A stretch of 63,054 bases of DNA, counting the filler, from Sphacelaria rigidula (lineage: Eukaryota): the NCBI GenBank assembly GCA_964200075.2. It is 9 parts of 9 records of this genome, joined end to end, with 100 filler letters (N's around TTAATTAATTAA, not from the genome) between each part and the next. Parts side by side here need not be neighbours in the genome. Positions count along the whole stretch, not along the records: positions 35,088 to 42,004 come from CAXNAA020017414.1; positions 42,105 to 49,021 come from CAXNAA020017415.1; 7 more parts are not named here. One strand, 5' to 3'. Each line of letters starts with the position of its first letter. Positions within the stretch are counted from its first letter, which is position 1. The notes under the pieces are model-generated. The model made no database searches and had not been told where the DNA came from. It worked only from the letters and a program-made list of their open reading frames with translations. The position numbers and the translations under genes are program-made. Shown in pieces: positions 35,923-48,823 of the stretch.

Positions 35923-38900
35923 TACTTGGTTGCTCTTGTCCTTCCTGCTGCTGCAGCTGCTGCTGTACCGTAACATATATGCAAACGTTTTGATTACCGG
36001 CTGAATGCAACGATATGAAGATATCAGCGCGCCATCGCTCGCCACTGGGCACGTTTTACCGTACTGTATGCTGTTTCTATGTTCGCTTCATGTTCCCCAA
36101 CAGCTCTACAACCAGTGTCCAGCTTGTTGACAGCACAGGAGGGGTCGGGTAGGGCACAAAGACTGTGGGCACAGAGCAAAAAAAGACCTCCTTTGCTTGT
36201 GTTTCTCTCTGGTCGAGTGGTCATTACCTTAATGGTCAAATATGGCTGCACCGCGGAAGAGGGATCCTGTGGGGTAACGGTGTGACCATGTTGACTAATC
36301 AGCACCATCGCAATGGCCACTCCATTCGGCCTGGGCTTCTATCTGGCTTGGACTATTGCTACGGAAAGTTCCGACACGCATGGTTGATTTTATGGTGTCC
36401 TCAGTAAATCTGGGCACAGGCACCCCTCCTCCCCCCTCTCCCCCCTCCGTGTGTAATGTATGGAAGAAACTTAATTAACGCCCAAATGTTGAAGGTGTTT
36501 ATATTAGGAGTAGGAACCGTGCTCTATCTCGGAAAGGATACGTGGTCAATGGCCGAATGACTGAGGCAAGCAACAAACGAGTACGCTCTCCCCACCCCCC
36601 TGATTGGGAGACACCCATGAGGCAGTGTAACCCGTGACTACCACTGGAAATGGTGACTGCAGAAAATGAAGCAACTCATTCGAGGCTGCATCCATATGCA
36701 AGATTATCAGTACACTTTGCCGAACAATCTCAAGGGGCGGCAGGTCCCCCCTTATGCGACTCACCGAGCACATCGCGGCGCCTCGCGGGTAGTGATCGAT
36801 TGTGCGCCCGATCCGGCGACAACCGGGCGTGCTCTGTCCCGGCTTCGTAGGGATGCGAGGTCAATGACCGTATGACTACTGAATGCAATATCATGAGTAC
36901 ACCCCCATCCCCCACCTAGAAAAGCACCCCCCGCCCGCCCGCTGGAAATCCCTGCATGTCCCTGAACTGTCCGCCGGCGAAACGTTCCGAGGCGAAGCTG
37001 GCGATCTAAGGGTTAGCACCAGGTTACCCATGTTTCACTATACAATACCTACAATCACCTATTTGCCCCGCATGACATGTGTAATAACTTCAGCGTAAGA
37101 CGTCGCCTAATGTGATTGGTCTGAGGACAGTTCACGTGAATTCAGTCAGTAAGTCCTGTGGGCTCTGGTTGGGTTGCCCGGCCGACGTCTCACAATTCTG
37201 TCCGCAAACTACCTCATGAAGGGTGAAGCTCGACGCCTTGCTTCTCATAAAAGGAGCCTGACCTCTCGTCCGTTCGCGGCAGATTTATGAGACGACCTCT
37301 CTCTAGCGTAGAAGGGCCATCATACTACCTCAAGCCCTTCACCTCTCAAACCCCACGTGCGCTTGGTATGGCTCAAACAGGCGCTACAGTGCGTCGAGCC
37401 CGCTTGAAGTTGTTACGAGGAAAAATGTCTCAAAAACTGTCTCGTCTGTGTGAGTAACTCGTCGCCGAATTTCGTCCGGAACATTAGCTGGGCAGATTGT
37501 GCCACTATTTATTGATAACAGCTTGACATGCGAAATGAGTTTCAGTTTCGGAATTAGTTTCATTGCACGCCCCCGTTTGACTTCGAATATCCCTATTGGT
37601 TGAAAAATCGAAAGCACGTGTGGTATTTGAGACGTCAAGACTGGTTGCGTTGTATGCTCGGCACCAACACAGTACAGTTCGGTTTGTATATACAGACAGT
37701 ACACGAACGAACAGATAATGTATGCGGAACAAGTGCCGGGAGCAGCCGCAGAAAAGCATTACACGAAGGCATCCTACTGGCAAAAAACGCGTGCGTCTCG
37801 CCTTCTCCCCTCTTGCGTGCCGCTATATGAGAGAGCTCTCACGATATGGTGCTGTGCCGGTCTGTGCTCACTGTTAAGTTGTACTGTCTTTACCTGCACA
37901 ATTTATGACTGTACCTGAGCCCGGTACGTTTGCCGTACGCGTGCTGAAAGTACATACAATGTGATCTGTAACGTACTGTTGCAGGGCAAGCAGCGCAGCC
38001 GGTCTCGATCGCGCTTCCAAAATACCAGGAACCAGGAATACTTTCTTTTATTGAATTGTTTCAGACATTCAGAGCGAAAAAATGGTGCACGGGATGAACC
38101 TCATTTTAAAAGTTGACCTCATTTAGCATTTTGGGCTTTTGGCGTCGGAAAGACTTTTCGCGCTCTTCAAAAGGAATCCGGCGCACTTCTCTTATACTTC
38201 CTACGCCCAGTTTAACTTTTGACGGGGCAAGCAATTTCTGATTTGAGACAAAGATTGATACCACTGCTGTAAGGTTGTGTCGAATGTTTCGGCGGCATTC
38301 GATTCCTTACATCGTTAGCACCAGGGAACGAGGCCTCTACAAGCAGAGGGAGTGCCGGATGGGTATAAAACCAAGCTTGTGATGCAACAACCAGCGCAGC
38401 CACCGAATTTTCAGGGTCAACGACCTGGAAGAGAAGTCATTTTTAGAGGACAAGTTTTGGGCGGCTTCCAGTGTAGCACGTGGAGCCTGCTGCGAGTTTC
38501 TTCTCTTTTTGGCAATGGTCGGACGCCACGCTCGGAACCTACGGTGCGCTGTGATTCTAGCGCGATCCCACTTCGTGATCGAAATACCTTCCAACGACTG
38601 CTTTCGCACTCGGGTCAGCCTTATGTCCTGCGACGGCCTCCAGACAAAGCCTCCATCGATTCTGCGCAACCTTGGCTCGCCCCATGACCCTTATTCGCCT
38701 CTGCTTGTACGAAAATCTTGGTGTGAAGAATGAATGTCCACGGCGGCAAGCACGACCATGGAACAGACGGTTGTGTCACACACAGGGCGAGTAGGTGCCT
38801 ATGACGCCCCCACAGTATCTTTTTTGTCACTTCCTACCCCCTTCGAAATGTTCTCTCCGCTGCCCGCGTCCTAATACTTTCCAAGGGCAGAACCATATTC

Positions 38901-39084
38901 TGATGGAGAACCAAACATTTTTTTCACAATCGGAACCCTCAGCCTTCCGCCTCAACAGCGACTATTTTTGTACTAGGGACCCCACCAGGGCACCCTGACA
39001 TTTTTCAACATAGTTATCCACGTCAACCTAGTGTGAGGCCTTGATGACCTCAACAAACACGACTGTTTTTGTAACTTTTAACGT

Positions 39085-39440
39085 CGCCGCTCCCCGGCGG
39101 TGAAGCTGGTACGTGAACACTAGTTTGGGCAGATATAGTGGGGTCGAATCCCGGGAGTATGCCCTCGTGTATGCTTACCGTCATCCGATCCCGCGAGGAT
39201 GAGACGTGGCAGTGCAAGGATTATGCCACGAAAACTCACGGACTACCACGGGGTACTTTTCCGATGCTCGTTGACGGTGTGCAAGGCGAGTACCCGGGGG
39301 AGACAGGCGTTGGCCTGTTTGAGACTACGGACCCGACGTGTCCCCAGGAGAGGGATGGCATGAACGTAGACGAAGAAAAAAGTAAAGGGAGACTATGTGC
39401 AGTACCCGTATTAACGTTACAACCTCGTGACCATGGGCTG
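39085..39440 (+). mobile_element. Possible second tRNA-headed SINE (degenerate)
   Basis: GGCGGTGAAGCTGGT (A-box-like) and GGGGTCGAATCCC (B-box-like) at tRNA spacing. Single copy in the window, and the 3' end is a guess. Confidence 0.35.
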
Positions 39441-40786
39441 AGAGGAATACGCGTATGACGTCCTGATTCTAGATTCTCCGCGACCCACCTCGAACCAACA
39501 GTGACGGCATGCGCGTGATGCCCATCTTTGGTGGTTCATCGTGCCGCACACAAGCAGACTGCAAAGTGCGCTCCCCGCGTACATTGTGCAGTACAGCACA
39601 GTGCGGTGCTTGAGACATTGCGGTGCGCGAGCCGGCGGGCACAGCAGTCAGTACATCGGAACTTCAGGATTGGACATGTACAAGACGCACATGCTGCAAC
39701 CCATTTTTGAGCGCAATATATTCGATAAGACAAGCACACTTTTTGTCTCGTCCATAAGTTCGCCACTCTGAGGTCTGATGGTTACGGAGCGCGTTCTGAA
39801 GGCGCAAATAAAATCCATATATGTGTGGGCCAGTACAAGACCTCTCGTCTTGGAAGACTCGTGTTGTTTTGCCTCAAGAATGTCATCGCGCAAACTGTGT
39901 GAAAAGTTCTTGCCCACAGTTACGTGTCGACTTATCCTCCTGAACTGTAATTATCTGATCAGCAACCGCGAGTGGACGATGACGTCGATGGCGCCGCAAA
40001 ACAGACAACGGTCGGAGAGCAGTCGGACTTGCACCACTACCCCAGGCTCATTCCCGGAGGGCTCATGGCGGACAAGCTATTCGGCGGGTGAGCACGCAGC
40101 AGAGTCTGTGGATTTCCAGGACAAAGAGTAGTTCGTTGCAACGATGCACCCGTCATTACTTCGGCGTATTTGGTCACCTCTCTTACTGGCGCCCATTTGA
40201 AAATTCTGTTCAGCACTTTGCACTGTCCATGCTGGAGGTGTAACGTTGGCACCCCCCGCTCCGCGTTGTGTGTGCGTCTCTTGTGAAGGCACTGTGGGTA
40301 GTCCGGTGTGTCGTTGATGTAGTCTCTCTTGTCCCGTGCGTCCAGGAACGACAAGCTTGTCTCCTCACCCTCGGCCAACCCACAGGCGATGCAGTAAAGT
40401 ACCATATGGTGATCTTGTCTGCATACAAAAAGGTGCTGGAGACCACATAATGTGGAAATGTGTGCTACATTATACGTGTCGCGGAATTGAGTTTCTCTCA
40501 CTTGCTAGTCGGTTCAGCCCATACTTAACCCTCAGACGGCGAGAGCAGGTCATATGATGAATATGCATCAATTTCACGTGAAAAAGTCTGCACGATCCAG
40601 GTGGACTACCCTTGCGGTCTGAGGGTTAGCCCAACTTTGTCGCAGATATTAATCGGTTCTCTATTTCACCATGTCGTAGTTGTCGCCCGGTAATAGTATA
40701 AAATCAGTCTCCGTGTGCAGGACGTGTTTGATACAAACGCCTCAAGTCATGATCAGCACTTGTTCTTTTGTACATTCGTTGTTCAG

Positions 40787-41668
40787 GGTCGATGGTCGTC
40801 AGTCGACAGCAGCGACAGCAGCCGCCCCGGCATCAGCACATCAGTCACTCCGACACTCCAACAGCAACCCGTTGCTGCCGTCACACGCCCCAGTGATGGA
40901 TGACCATAGTCTCCATTCTCAGCAACAACATCGACAGCAGCAGCAGCAGCAGCAACAACAACAACAACTGCAACAGCTGGAACTCCAACTCCAACTGCAG
41001 CAGGGCCTGCTGCAACAGTCCACCGCGCCACCCCTACTGCCCACTGCGTACAACAACGGCATGGATAACTCCACGCACAATGCAGCCCTGTTGCTCGCAC
41101 CTTGGACCACCAACCAAGCATGGTGTTGTCCAACCCCGGTGACGGGCGTACCCTCGACCGCGAACTTACCCACAGCAGTGACGGGGGTAGCGGCAGCGGC
41201 CGAAACAGTACCACCCATGCACCAGACGACGGAAAATCTACACGCCCCGTTGAACTTGGGCGTGTTAGACGCTTCCGCAGCGACAGCGGCAGCCGGCATA
41301 GGGTTAGGACTGGGGATGCCCATGGGCGAAGTAGGTGGAAACTTCTCACCCACCACGCAGCAACAGCAAGTGTGCCTCGAGCACCACCTCAGAGTTATGG
41401 CAGCGGCGGCCGCGGCACGAGCGGGGGAGGGCGGAGCAGGCACGCGCGAACCTAGCAATTGGTGGGGGTTTGGGGCCGGGGCCGGACAGATAGGGGGGGG
41501 CGCGAGCATGCAAGGCAGCAGCAAGAGTGGTGGTGGCGGGAGTAGCGTCAGCAGCAGCTCGCGGTCGTCGCTTGGTGTCGGCTCTTCAGCATCTTCCATG
41601 GGATCGTCGCAAGACATGGATGCGACTGAGCTCAAGCGACAGGAGAGGAACGCGCGCGAACAACGAAG
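40787..41668 (+). CDS. Large exon of a bHLH transcription factor (poly-Q and Gly/Ser-rich N-terminal region up to the basic region); candidate start ATG at 40896
   Basis: Long GC-rich open frame ending MDATELKRQERNAREQR(R/S) AG|GTAGG. RxxRNxREQxR is a bHLH basic motif. A possible TTGTTCAG acceptor lies at 40786. The HLH exons are beyond the scaffold. Confidence 0.8.
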
Positions 41669-43739
41669 GTAGGGCTGAGGATACGGTTAGATGGAAGTGA
41701 GAGTTGAGGGTGTTTCGTAAAGCGGTTCTTTTTTTATATTATTAGTTTTCGTGGTGTTGGGAGTGTTAAAAGTTTGTTCGTCACACCTTCCCTGATTCCT
41801 CGTTTTTTTCATTGTTTGATGCTGTTTTGCGCGTTGCTTGAGTTTCGTAAACCACACGCCTCAGTACTCATGGGACACTAGAGTTTGTGCGGATTATGAT
41901 TCTTGCACGACGTCATTATGTTCCCTTGCTCGTTGTTTCCCCTCCCCCCCCCCCCCCACCGCAGTGGTCTGATGACTATGGCATGCATGATCATGAGTAC
42001 ACCCNNNNNNNNNNNNNNNNNNNNNNNNNNNNNNNNNNNNNNNNNNNNTTAATTAATTAANNNNNNNNNNNNNNNNNNNNNNNNNNNNNNNNNNNNNNNN
42101 NNNNGAACCCAAGCGTGGGAATTCCCAGCTTCTCGTTGTGCTCGGCTTTTCACATTTCGATTTACGTGAAAAGTTTGCTTCCAAAACCATACACTTTTTG
42201 GGGGGATGCTATCGTAGAAAGTAACAACTATGGTGGATGCGGTCAGCTGCGGTGGGCAGTAAATATCCTATATGTATCATAATAATATATTATATGTATT
42301 ATATATCATACATCATAAAAAATACAGTACATACAATACATATCCTCCTTCTTATATACTTTTTGAAAATATACATCAAGGAGCAGAAGCGAATATATAA
42401 ATTTCACAAGGGCCACCAGAGTTTTCGGCTTTTGTCAGTGTTTCTAATTCAATTTCGTGTGACAAAATTAACAGAAGAAATCAGAAAAAATGTTCATTAA
42501 TGAATTTCTTGCGACAAAGTTGCAAAGATGACAAGAAAAAGGAAATACATGACAATTTCATGTATTTTGCAACGCAAACACGCGGGTTCGATCCCTCGTC
42601 ATCATCAGCTGTTTTTTTTGCCCTTCTTTGCGTCAAACTTGTTTTACTGTTGATCTCAGAGCAAGAAGAAAAAAAACGCGATTTCCTCCGTACACACCCT
42701 GAGAAATTCCCTCGGGACGGGTGCTACGTGTCCGAATTTTTTCTCCGCGCTGCCCCCTGGTTCAACGTACTCTATTGATATTCCTTAACAACGCTATGTA
42801 ACCCTGACCCCAACCCAAGGCATGTTCAAAACCTTGAGGTGAGGGGCGTACATAACGTCGCAGCGTGTATGCTAGCAGAGCTCAAATCGGCGCCCGTGTG
42901 AGAAAGAGCTAGTTCTGCGCAGGTTAGAGGTCACCTGGAACTGCTAGTCCGTAGAAGATCCGAGTGTGACGGTACACTGAGCCCAAGTGCCCTTAACCAC
43001 AGAACTTGTTGACCAGTTCGTGCAAACGCAAGTGGAATAAGAAATGTGGAAAAACATCGGCCGCATGGACATTCACAAGGCACAAATTCTGGGATGCTGA
43101 TCGAACAGTGCCAAGGTCATTATGCTGTGTTGGCACACATGAGTCGTCCCTCTCCCGACAAGCGTTGGTGCGACAGTAAGAGGCTCATGTTTCTGGTTTC
43201 GTGCATGAGCTTCGCAACCTGGGCAGCAATAGACCATCACTGTTGCAGTTGCAATAGAGCACAACAAGTGTGTACTGCATCAAGTATCGGGCCTCCTTTA
43301 TTTCGCCGGCGAGGTGTTTCATTTGTTGCATACTTGAGTCGCCCCGCATTGGTGGTCCAACGGTCCGACTATCACCGTCTCGGCGGAGAGAATGTGGGTT
43401 CGATTTATACCCGATGCGTTGGGCTCCTTGGAAGTATATGATTTCCACAGTCGAATACGGGTGTACGTGAAGGTACCAAAAGCAATTGAGTTTGTTCGGC
43501 GACAGTTGGCGCGGTGTAAGAGTGCTAACTCAATCCACGAAGCCAACATGCAAGGCGTGTACCAGGAAGAGATGGGTTGATCCCTTGAGACCACGGACTC
43601 GTCCCGAGGAAGTAGAAGGGTTCAAAATGTGACAAACCGAAACCCCCTTGTTTTCAATTTGAAATATCTGTATTTACGCGGGTATTTTCAAACCACTCCT
43701 GCTTCTTGTCCTCTATTTTCCCTCTTCATGTGTCTGTCT

Positions 43740-44459
43740 GGTCGCCCCAGTGGCTCACTTGGCAATCTCGACCTCTTCTGATGGTTGGGAACATGAATTT
43801 AAATCTCGGTGAAGCCACACAGATTGGGGTTTTCGTTTCCACCATGCCCGACAGTGAAGAATGACCAAGTGGGTACAGAAAACAGGGTTATGTTCAGGTT
43901 CGGTGTTCTGTACACCGGTGGTATTTCGCCGGGTATTTATCGTACCCGGCAGTTCTGTGGCTTATGTAAGACTTTCATACTGGTACCCGACAGTTGTGTA
44001 AACTCTGTAAGGCTTTCATACCTTCACCCGATAGATCTGTGAGTACTGTAAGCCTCACATACCGCTACCGGGGGCACGGGTGTGCTCTTGATAAGACACC
44101 CAGGTGTGGGTATGGTCTACTTGGCAACCTCCATATCCTACCCGATAGTTCATGTGAGTTCCGGACGACTTTCAAACCGGTACCCGACAGTTTGTAATTT
44201 CTGTGAGACTTTCACACCCTACAGAACACAACCTTATCTTGCAGAATTCAACTTCACGGTCGCCGAGGGGAAAGGACCGCCGAAACCTTTTCGCGATAAA
44301 AAATAAGGCGAGAACCGCAGACGGAAGGTGAAGTGCCCAACAAAATAAAACATACCTCCTGCGTTGACCTTCCTCCTGTGTTACCCCGCCTGATGCGCCC
44401 ACAGGTACCAAAAATAGGTGTAGACTGGCGTCTAGGATAGATGGGATGACAACAAGCAC
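43740..44459 (+). mobile_element. tRNA-derived SINE, copy 4, split by a MITE insertion
   Basis: Head and first part of the body at 43740-43880. The body resumes at ~44242 (TTCAAC...GAGGGGAAAGG...GGTGTAGACTGGCGTC). Confidence 0.82.
43881..44241. mobile_element. MITE (TACCC/TCTGTAAG family) inserted in SINE copy 4
   Basis: Inverted ends AGGTTCGGTGTTCTGTA / TACAGAACACAACCT. CAGAA occurs on both flanks. Same internal repeats as 10269-10598. Confidence 0.75.
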
Positions 44460-44843
44460 TACAGGATGGCTATCGGGGTCACCATTGATCCAATTATGTA
44501 CAACATGCACATAAAGCACGTCGACAAGGTTGGTCATTCCTGAGGAAACTAGTAATAATTTCATCTACCGGAGAGGTACCGTGTCAGGTCCCATATCGTA
44601 TCCTACCGTATCGCACCTTTGAGACAAAATCTACCATGGGCCGAGCGATACTGATGGCAAGATAGCAGAATGACAATCCGTCCTAGCGATATTTGGAAAA
44701 CAATTTTACAGTGCTTGGTTGTCGTAATTCTACTGCCGTTCACGGTATGCGGTACCTGTCACGTGTGGATGGTACTTTTATTTCAATCAGCTATCGCTCG
44801 GTACCACGGTTTAGGCAATTTCGCGACTTCTTTCCTCGGCCCA

Positions 44844-45074
44844 TCAAAACGCTGACACTCTTTGTTGACTTGCGGAAGACAGCAACCTAGTCTCCATCAT
44901 CTTATGGACGCAACTACAACCATCGGTGCAAAGCTCCAGCGCAGCGGCCACCTTCTGCCCGTCGAAACGTCCGTCTTGCCACCACTGTGTGACCTGTTGG
45001 GACCCGGGCAACATCGCTATCGTCATCACACCCGCTCCCTTCCCCTCCTCTTCTCGAGTTGGGTCGAGCACCAT
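44844..45074 (-). CDS. EXOSC6: Exosome complex component MTR3/EXOSC6 (RNase PH fold), last exon
   Basis: CAG|ATG GTG CTC GAC encodes MVLDPTREEE...MTIAMLP...VTQWWQDG...ALELCTDGC...*, the RNase PH C-terminal domain. Phase 0. Confidence 0.88.
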   Translation of the reverse strand: MVLDPTREEEGKGAGVMTIAMLPGSQQVTQWWQDGRFDGQKVAAALELCTDGCSCVHKMMETRLLSSASQQRVSAF

Positions 45075-46682
45075 CTGTCTCAACGGCAAAGATTTCGGTA
45101 ACACGCACGCTTGATTGTCACGAAGATGCATAGAATACGAAAATAGTCCATGTGCGATCACCAACCATGTGCAGTGGAGTAACTCAACGCCTGAGGAACC
45201 GACATCCCCCTTGCACCGCCTGGACATGCTTTAGTTTCGTTTTGTTTGATCAGTAGACCGCCACCTGGACGTTTCGTCACAGCTTGCAGTCTTTGTTTTT
45301 CAACAGTGTACACAGATAGCAGGATGTGCCAACAGACGACCATCTTGTTATTGTCTTGACATTAAAACGCCGTTACGATATGAGTAGTACTTCTTATTTT
45401 CGTACTGGGCATCTGATGCGGACGCCTTCCGTGATCACAAGCTAACTACCCAAGATGAGGTATATAGAGGGAATAAAAAAGTAGTACCGAGGAAACTGAC
45501 ACAAACGCAATACAAAAAAAGAAATGATCATACCACCGTAAGATACGATGACGCAGGAGGCCATTCAGACTCATGGAGGTAAAGCCCAGCGCTTCCACTC
45601 GACACGCGAAGGCATGCAGAAATAGAACCAAAACCAAGAATTAAACATCACTACAGTATAACAAGAGCAATAAAATCACATGGTTCTATCCTTGTACCTC
45701 AACTAGGCCGGGGTGTATTACCCGCCGGGGTTACGCAGGCTACGCCATTTCCTCACCCATATCTACACATGCCTGGGGGGTCTTGAAATAACAGGACATA
45801 CATGTTTTTTGTGTGCTCCATTCCGAGGCAGAAGCACGGTATCCTATATCATCATCATGATGGGATATTTCGTGTCGGGTTTTCATTGGTAAGGTACACT
45901 CCAGCCCTACCCAGGTACTTGAGGGACAGCTATGTATACGAATAAACCAGACATGACAAGAACACCATATAACAACACAACACACCAGGGGGGAAGGGTG
46001 TACTATGATAGGGGAAGGGGGGGGGAGGCGTACTCATTGGTTGCTTGCCTTAGTCGCTTGACCGTTGACCACGCATCCCAACACACCGGATACTAAGACA
46101 CCCGGGGCGGGTAATATGGAAGGAATCAGCAAGAAAAGGAAAGACGGGGAGATGGTGGGTATTCCTGCCACCTCAGACAGACTAAGCCCGGTATATATCT
46201 GGTTACACGCTGTGCTATCTCCCTCCTGCTCTCCTCGGCCGCATTGGCGTTCTTAGTGTGGAGCTTTTTACGCTGGTTTCCCAGTTTATCCCTCCCCCCC
46301 CCGGTGCTTAGTCGTCATTTCTGTTGCGCTGATTTCCTTGTTGTCCTGTTATAGTCAAGATATTGTATTCAACTGCAGGCGCTGAAGATCTACACTCAGC
46401 CTGTGCTGTCCCTCTCGGCAACTTTTGTGTAAAACTGAACGGCGACATGGATGAGAGCTGCATCTCAGCACTTCAAGCTTGTGCGAACGCCAGCTCATGA
46501 CAGAAACCCATGAATGGCATAGGGTGGTAAGTCTTAACTTTCAGCTTTCCTGACCAGTTGTCACATACAGGCTATCTTCCTGAGAAGGTGCTCGTGTTCA
46601 GCACAGCAGTATCAGTAAGACATAGGAACTGAGCACAGCCTGGGTTTCGCGTTTGTATCATACATATATATATATATATATG

Positions 46683-47023
46683 CCGGTCGCCCCGGTGGCT
46701 CAGTTGGTTACCTCGAAACCTTTTGACGGCTGGGTCGTCGCTTCAAATCTCGGAGCGGCTTGAATATTTTTCTCATACAAAGCCCAACAGTGGAGAGCGA
46801 CCATGTCGTAAGTACACAAAATTCGACTTGATGGTTGATGAGAGAAAGGGACGGCCAAACCCCTCTAGCGATAAAAAATAAAGGCAAGCACCACAAAAGG
46901 AAGGTAGAGAACAAAAAAACACTCCTGTACTGGCCTCCCTCCTGTGTGACCCCGGCTGGTGCGCCCGCATATACCGAAAGGTGTCGATCAGCGTCCAGAA
47001 TAGATGGGACAACAACACACACA
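46683..47023 (+). mobile_element. tRNA-derived SINE, copy 5 (inside the EXOSC6 intron, next to a (TA)n tract)
   Basis: CCGGTCGCCCCGGTGGCTCAGTTGGTT head, TTCAAATCTC B box, family body and CA tail. Confidence 0.88.
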
Positions 47024-47913
47024 TGATACTCCAAACATGCGTCATGTACCCAACACGCTAACCCATATGAAGCTTCACGGGCCAGGCAGATTTCCTTGGG
47101 CGACATTTGAACCAGTGATGTACATATTCAATACATGATAAGCACCAAGGTGAATACCAGCCAGTAGTTGTATCATCACCACGTGCACTCTAATCGACCA
47201 AGGACTGGCCTTCCAACCAGGATTTGCGTTGTAAGTTACCCCTTTTCTCTGAAGGAATGATGCTGCGTTATAGGAGGGTTCTAGCTTTCGAGCCCACGTC
47301 GGACTTTGAGACCTCATGGCATAGTACAGCATTAGATTTGCTCTATAGTTCTATCGACCATGGTGTACTCTTCACCACAACAGTTGGAAGCTCTGGTATT
47401 CTACGGTGATGAGCCCCGTAGAGAAGTCAAAAAACGAGCGCCTCCAAGTCTCGCAAGGCCCCTGAGAAACGTTGACATGGACTTTTTCCACATTCCGAAC
47501 TTTGGGCATGATAAGGAACGTTCTTGCTCGTGACCAACTTTTGCCGCCCACTTTTCAAGTTGAAAGAGTCCATCTTCATGTGGTTGTGGTTGATGATCGT
47601 CAGAGTACCCAAACTGGTCAACACCATCGTGAAGATCCCAGGAAACAGCAAGCTCGCGTCTACGGTGAAGAGCAGTGCAGTTGTGCTGTGTGCGGTGTGT
47701 CGAAGCTGAGTGCAATCTACTCTGTCGGTGTGTTTCGGAAGCGCATGTTTTCCACATTGGCAAGGCAAATAGCACGGGTGGGGGGAAACGTGCGGGAAAT
47801 TCAACGTTCCCATCGAGTGGCATTCACAAGTATGTGCAGTCTCGCGCAGATGGTCACATGTGCTTCCAAACGCTGCCCGGCGATAGAAAGGGAACATGAA
47901 GTTCGTGGCGTAC

Positions 47914-48081
47914 CTGTGTACCATCGTACCCCACAGAGCACGCTGTCACAAGGTCGTACAGCTCAATCCCTGCATCTGCCAACGCCATAGATGCGCAAGT
48001 GGTTGCCACGGCAAGTTCGCTCCCGTCTGCTTGGAGGACCATGACGCGAACGTCGACGACAGACTTTGTCAGGCGATGTAC
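47914..48081 (-). CDS. EXOSC6: MTR3/EXOSC6 internal exon
   Basis: TTGCAG|GTA...CAG|GTACG, 168 bp, encodes [56 protein letters not shown]. Confidence 0.93.
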
Positions 48082-48215
48082 CTGCAAGGAGGTGAACGGC
48101 AGTGCAATCAATCAAATCCCTGGATGCAGGAGGACAGTCGGATCCTCTTTGACAACAGTTGGACCGAATACGGTAAGTATAAGTAGTAATGTTGAGCAAG
48201 TGGACGTGCGTTCAC

Positions 48216-48413
48216 CTGTACCGAGGCTTCTAGTGTCTGCCGCAACAGTGTTGATAACTCCCGCTCATCGTCCCCTCTTCCACCTCTTGTTTCTCGTCTG
48301 CCGCCTGGTGTCGCAAATGGCGAGTAGGAAAAGTCACACTGCAGCTGCCCCTCTTCGCTGAACGAACTGTCTCTCCCAGTTTGTGCATGTGGTCCATACA
48401 CAGCACAAATTAC
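48216..48413 (-). CDS. EXOSC6: MTR3/EXOSC6 internal exon
   Basis: CAG|GTA ATT...CAG|GTGAA, 198 bp, encodes VICAVYGP...GQLQCDFSYSPFA...ERELSTLLRQTLEASVQ. GxLxCDFxxxPFA favours MTR3 over RRP41. Confidence 0.93.
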
Positions 48414-48754
48414 CTGTATCGTACGATACCGGTGAAAATGACGAAGGCAGTGTTGTTGCAAACAGGCTGGTATTTGTAACAGCGACCAATAGTGTTCATG
48501 ATGTGGTTCCAAGCACCATGATGAAAGCAATAACATCTGCACGGCCGCATGTTGTGGAAAAGGACCTGCTTGGAAGCAGAACGGCAACAACGATCGAAAC
48601 CAAAGCCAGCAAAGCTCTCGAGCGGTAGCCGTGTTTGATACTTCAGACTCATGTCTTGACTGGTGACGCCGGCGCTGATCCCTCCCAGTCCACTTGCATT
48701 TGAAGATAACTTGATGTAATGAAAATATGTGGTACCTGAACTCCACTTCCGTAC

Positions 48755-48823
48755 CTTTGTGTGATTAAATTCCACGTAGGCTGAGCCGGTTGCGTGAGCA
48801 ACGACCCCCACATCCATGTACAC
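48755..48823 (-). CDS. EXOSC6: MTR3/EXOSC6 most 5' visible exon (the start exon is missing from the scaffold)
   Basis: CAG|GTG TAC...AAG|GTACG, 69 bp, encodes VYMDVGVVAHATGSAYVEFNHTK (GSAY.E..TK motif). Confidence 0.92.

Noticed and set aside
40783..41635. Long minus-strand ORFs (188 and 238 aa)
   Set aside because: They are antisense shadows of the GC-rich bHLH exon (poly-Cys mirrors poly-Gln).
46683..46760. Functional tRNA genes at the SINE heads (also 3828, 5944, 34614, 43740, 39085)
   Set aside because: A/B boxes are present but acceptor and anticodon stems do not pair well, and five of the six continue into a shared ~270-bp body.
47401..47823. Reverse-transcriptase YxDD motif (GYSDD) in the EXOSC6 intron
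   Set aside because: No other RT motifs surround it, so it is indistinguishable from chance.
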